A stretch of DNA of 64,000 nucleotides, from positions 4,154,001-4,218,000 of the forward strand of contig JAQFVV010000010.1 in assembly GCA_028023455.1 (NCBI GenBank), read 5' to 3'. Below, in pieces: positions 62,593 to 64,000 of this stretch. The position numbers and the translations under genes were made by a program. Position 1 is the stretch's first letter. Each line of letters begins with the position of its first letter. Under the pieces are notes generated by a model that worked only from the letters and a program-made list of their open reading frames with translations, was not told the origin of the DNA and searched no databases. The stretch comes from Epiperipatus broadwayi. Its lineage: Eukaryota > Animalia > Onychophora.

Positions 62593-64000
62593 AAAAAGTT
62601 ATCTTATACCTTAGCTCTCTCTATTACATATTATTTAAACTAAATATATATATTCCCTACAACTTTTTATTTATATATTTTTATTTTATACACTTCAATT
62701 TTTATTATTATATAATTCTCAAATTTATATACTGCTTTATAAGTAAATATTATGCTAAGTTTTTTTCTAGTATATAATATCTATAAATATACCCATGTTT
62801 ATACTCCTATTTAACTTGACCATTTTTTATAACCCATAATTTATTTATAAACAATTTTCTCTTTATATATTTACCTCCATATATCTTATTTAATAACTAT
62901 ATCTACACCAATCTCATCCTAATCCCAGAATTCCTATTAAATTTTGGTTTTATCTTTCTTAGAATTGCTTTGTTTATTTTCCTTTCTTAAATATTTTCTG
63001 CATGTAACCACATTTTTATTGAACTTTGTGTAAATTTATGCTGTTTCTTTCATATATATATATATATCAGTGGTTTATTATCTGACATTATTTTAATCTT
63101 GTTTTTATATAATTTTTTGATTTTCCCACATATTTGTTATCAATCCCACTTTTTAGACATTGTTTGCATTTTATCATATATACTCCATTAATTATTTCTT
63201 TATTATCTTTATTCTATCCTATATATTTGTTATCTATCAAATTAGTAGGTTTTCTCTTTTTTTTGTTAACTATTTTTGTAGTAATTATTCTTTTGCATTT
63301 TTTATTAATCTTTTTTATAATTTTGTTAAACTTATTCACTATAATATTATTATTTGTTTTTATTCCTATATATCTATTGTCATCTTTTTTTTTCCTTCAC
63401 TCTTTTCATTTTTATTTATTTTATACTCTATTTTTAATTGATACTTCTTTTAATTATATGCACAGGGAAATCACTCATTTTAAACTCGTTGATTATTAAA
63501 TCTTTTTGTTTAATATAGTCTTCTTTTCTTGAACAATACATTGCAACCTTGTATATTTTTGAACATATACAATTGTTCTTTTTATTAATATTTGTCTGAA
63601 TATACCATTTTTAACTTGTTTAATGTCCAGGCTGCCATACTGAATTTTTAAAAAACTGGCTTGAGACACAATTTTCACAATAACTTCAGTTTTAATCATG
63701 TTAGAGCAAAAAGCTTTACATTGATAGAAACTAGAAAACTAAGGAAAACAATAAGGCTAAGATAAATAATGATAACCATTTAAAAAATAAGGAAAAAAGA
63801 AATTTCAACATCCGACATAATTATTACTTATTGTTTGTTTATAATTTCTAATTTATTATTAATTAAAGTTTAAATTACATCTTTATTGATAATTTTTTTA
63901 TATTCCTCACAAAATTATCTTTCAAACCATATATAATATTTCTTACCTGGGATGAATTATAGCTTCAGAATCTCCAAAACTATTCGCATAAGAATTCTTT

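Larger units (their letters stand above)
61300..63900 (-). mobile_element. Partial-tandem Penelope-like element: RT thumb + GIY-YIG, 3' region with HHR, then the N-terminal ORF part of the next unit
   Basis: KDLIINEFKMSDFPVHII (NGYP-like region); GVYMIKCKQC..KYVGK (63186-63121). Beyond the HHR come NKG.GTFIIM..YIEGKC..L..EDIYFTL (DKG motif) and KFY..CSPVISHLNC (RPIIS-like motif) at 61.3-61.8 kb. Confidence 0.82.

Noticed and set aside
63134-63499. Hydrophobic + strand ORFs (121 aa and 93 aa) as membrane proteins
   Set aside because: They are antisense shadows of the A-rich PLE GIY-YIG region.
7100-64000. Most 60-95 aa ORFs in the supplied track; CRISPR arrays or prokaryotic operons
   Set aside because: The ORFs have low-complexity F/I/L/K/Y content expected from AT-rich DNA, with no motifs. 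I saw no regularly spaced repeat-spacer array.

Overview
AT-rich animal (invertebrate-like) genomic DNA, not prokaryotic. The only host coding sequence I recognise is one 81-nt exon (17667-17747, +) resembling RBM25, so most or all of the window is probably giant intron. It is filled with decayed, nested transposons: an APE-type LINE, an RTE-like LINE, two Ty3/gypsy elements, a mariner, two pogo/Tigger-type copies and three Penelope-like elements (PLEs). Three things stand out. (1) Three families of fold-back (palindromic) elements, each in two copies, are linked to hammerhead-ribozyme (HHR) cores. One family has the HHR at the hairpin apex, and one copy of another still encloses a PLE GIY-YIG domain. 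(2) An unclassified ~2.5-kb element occurs in two diverged copies. It has an internal tandem duplication, a codon-conserved 3' segment encoding an unrecognised protein and hairpin termini, and one copy is inserted inside the RTE LINE. (3) A tight cluster of YAG|GTAAG sites plus a candidate poison exon lies at 31.7-32.6 kb. All alignments and folds were done by eye, so coordinates of decayed elements are approximate.
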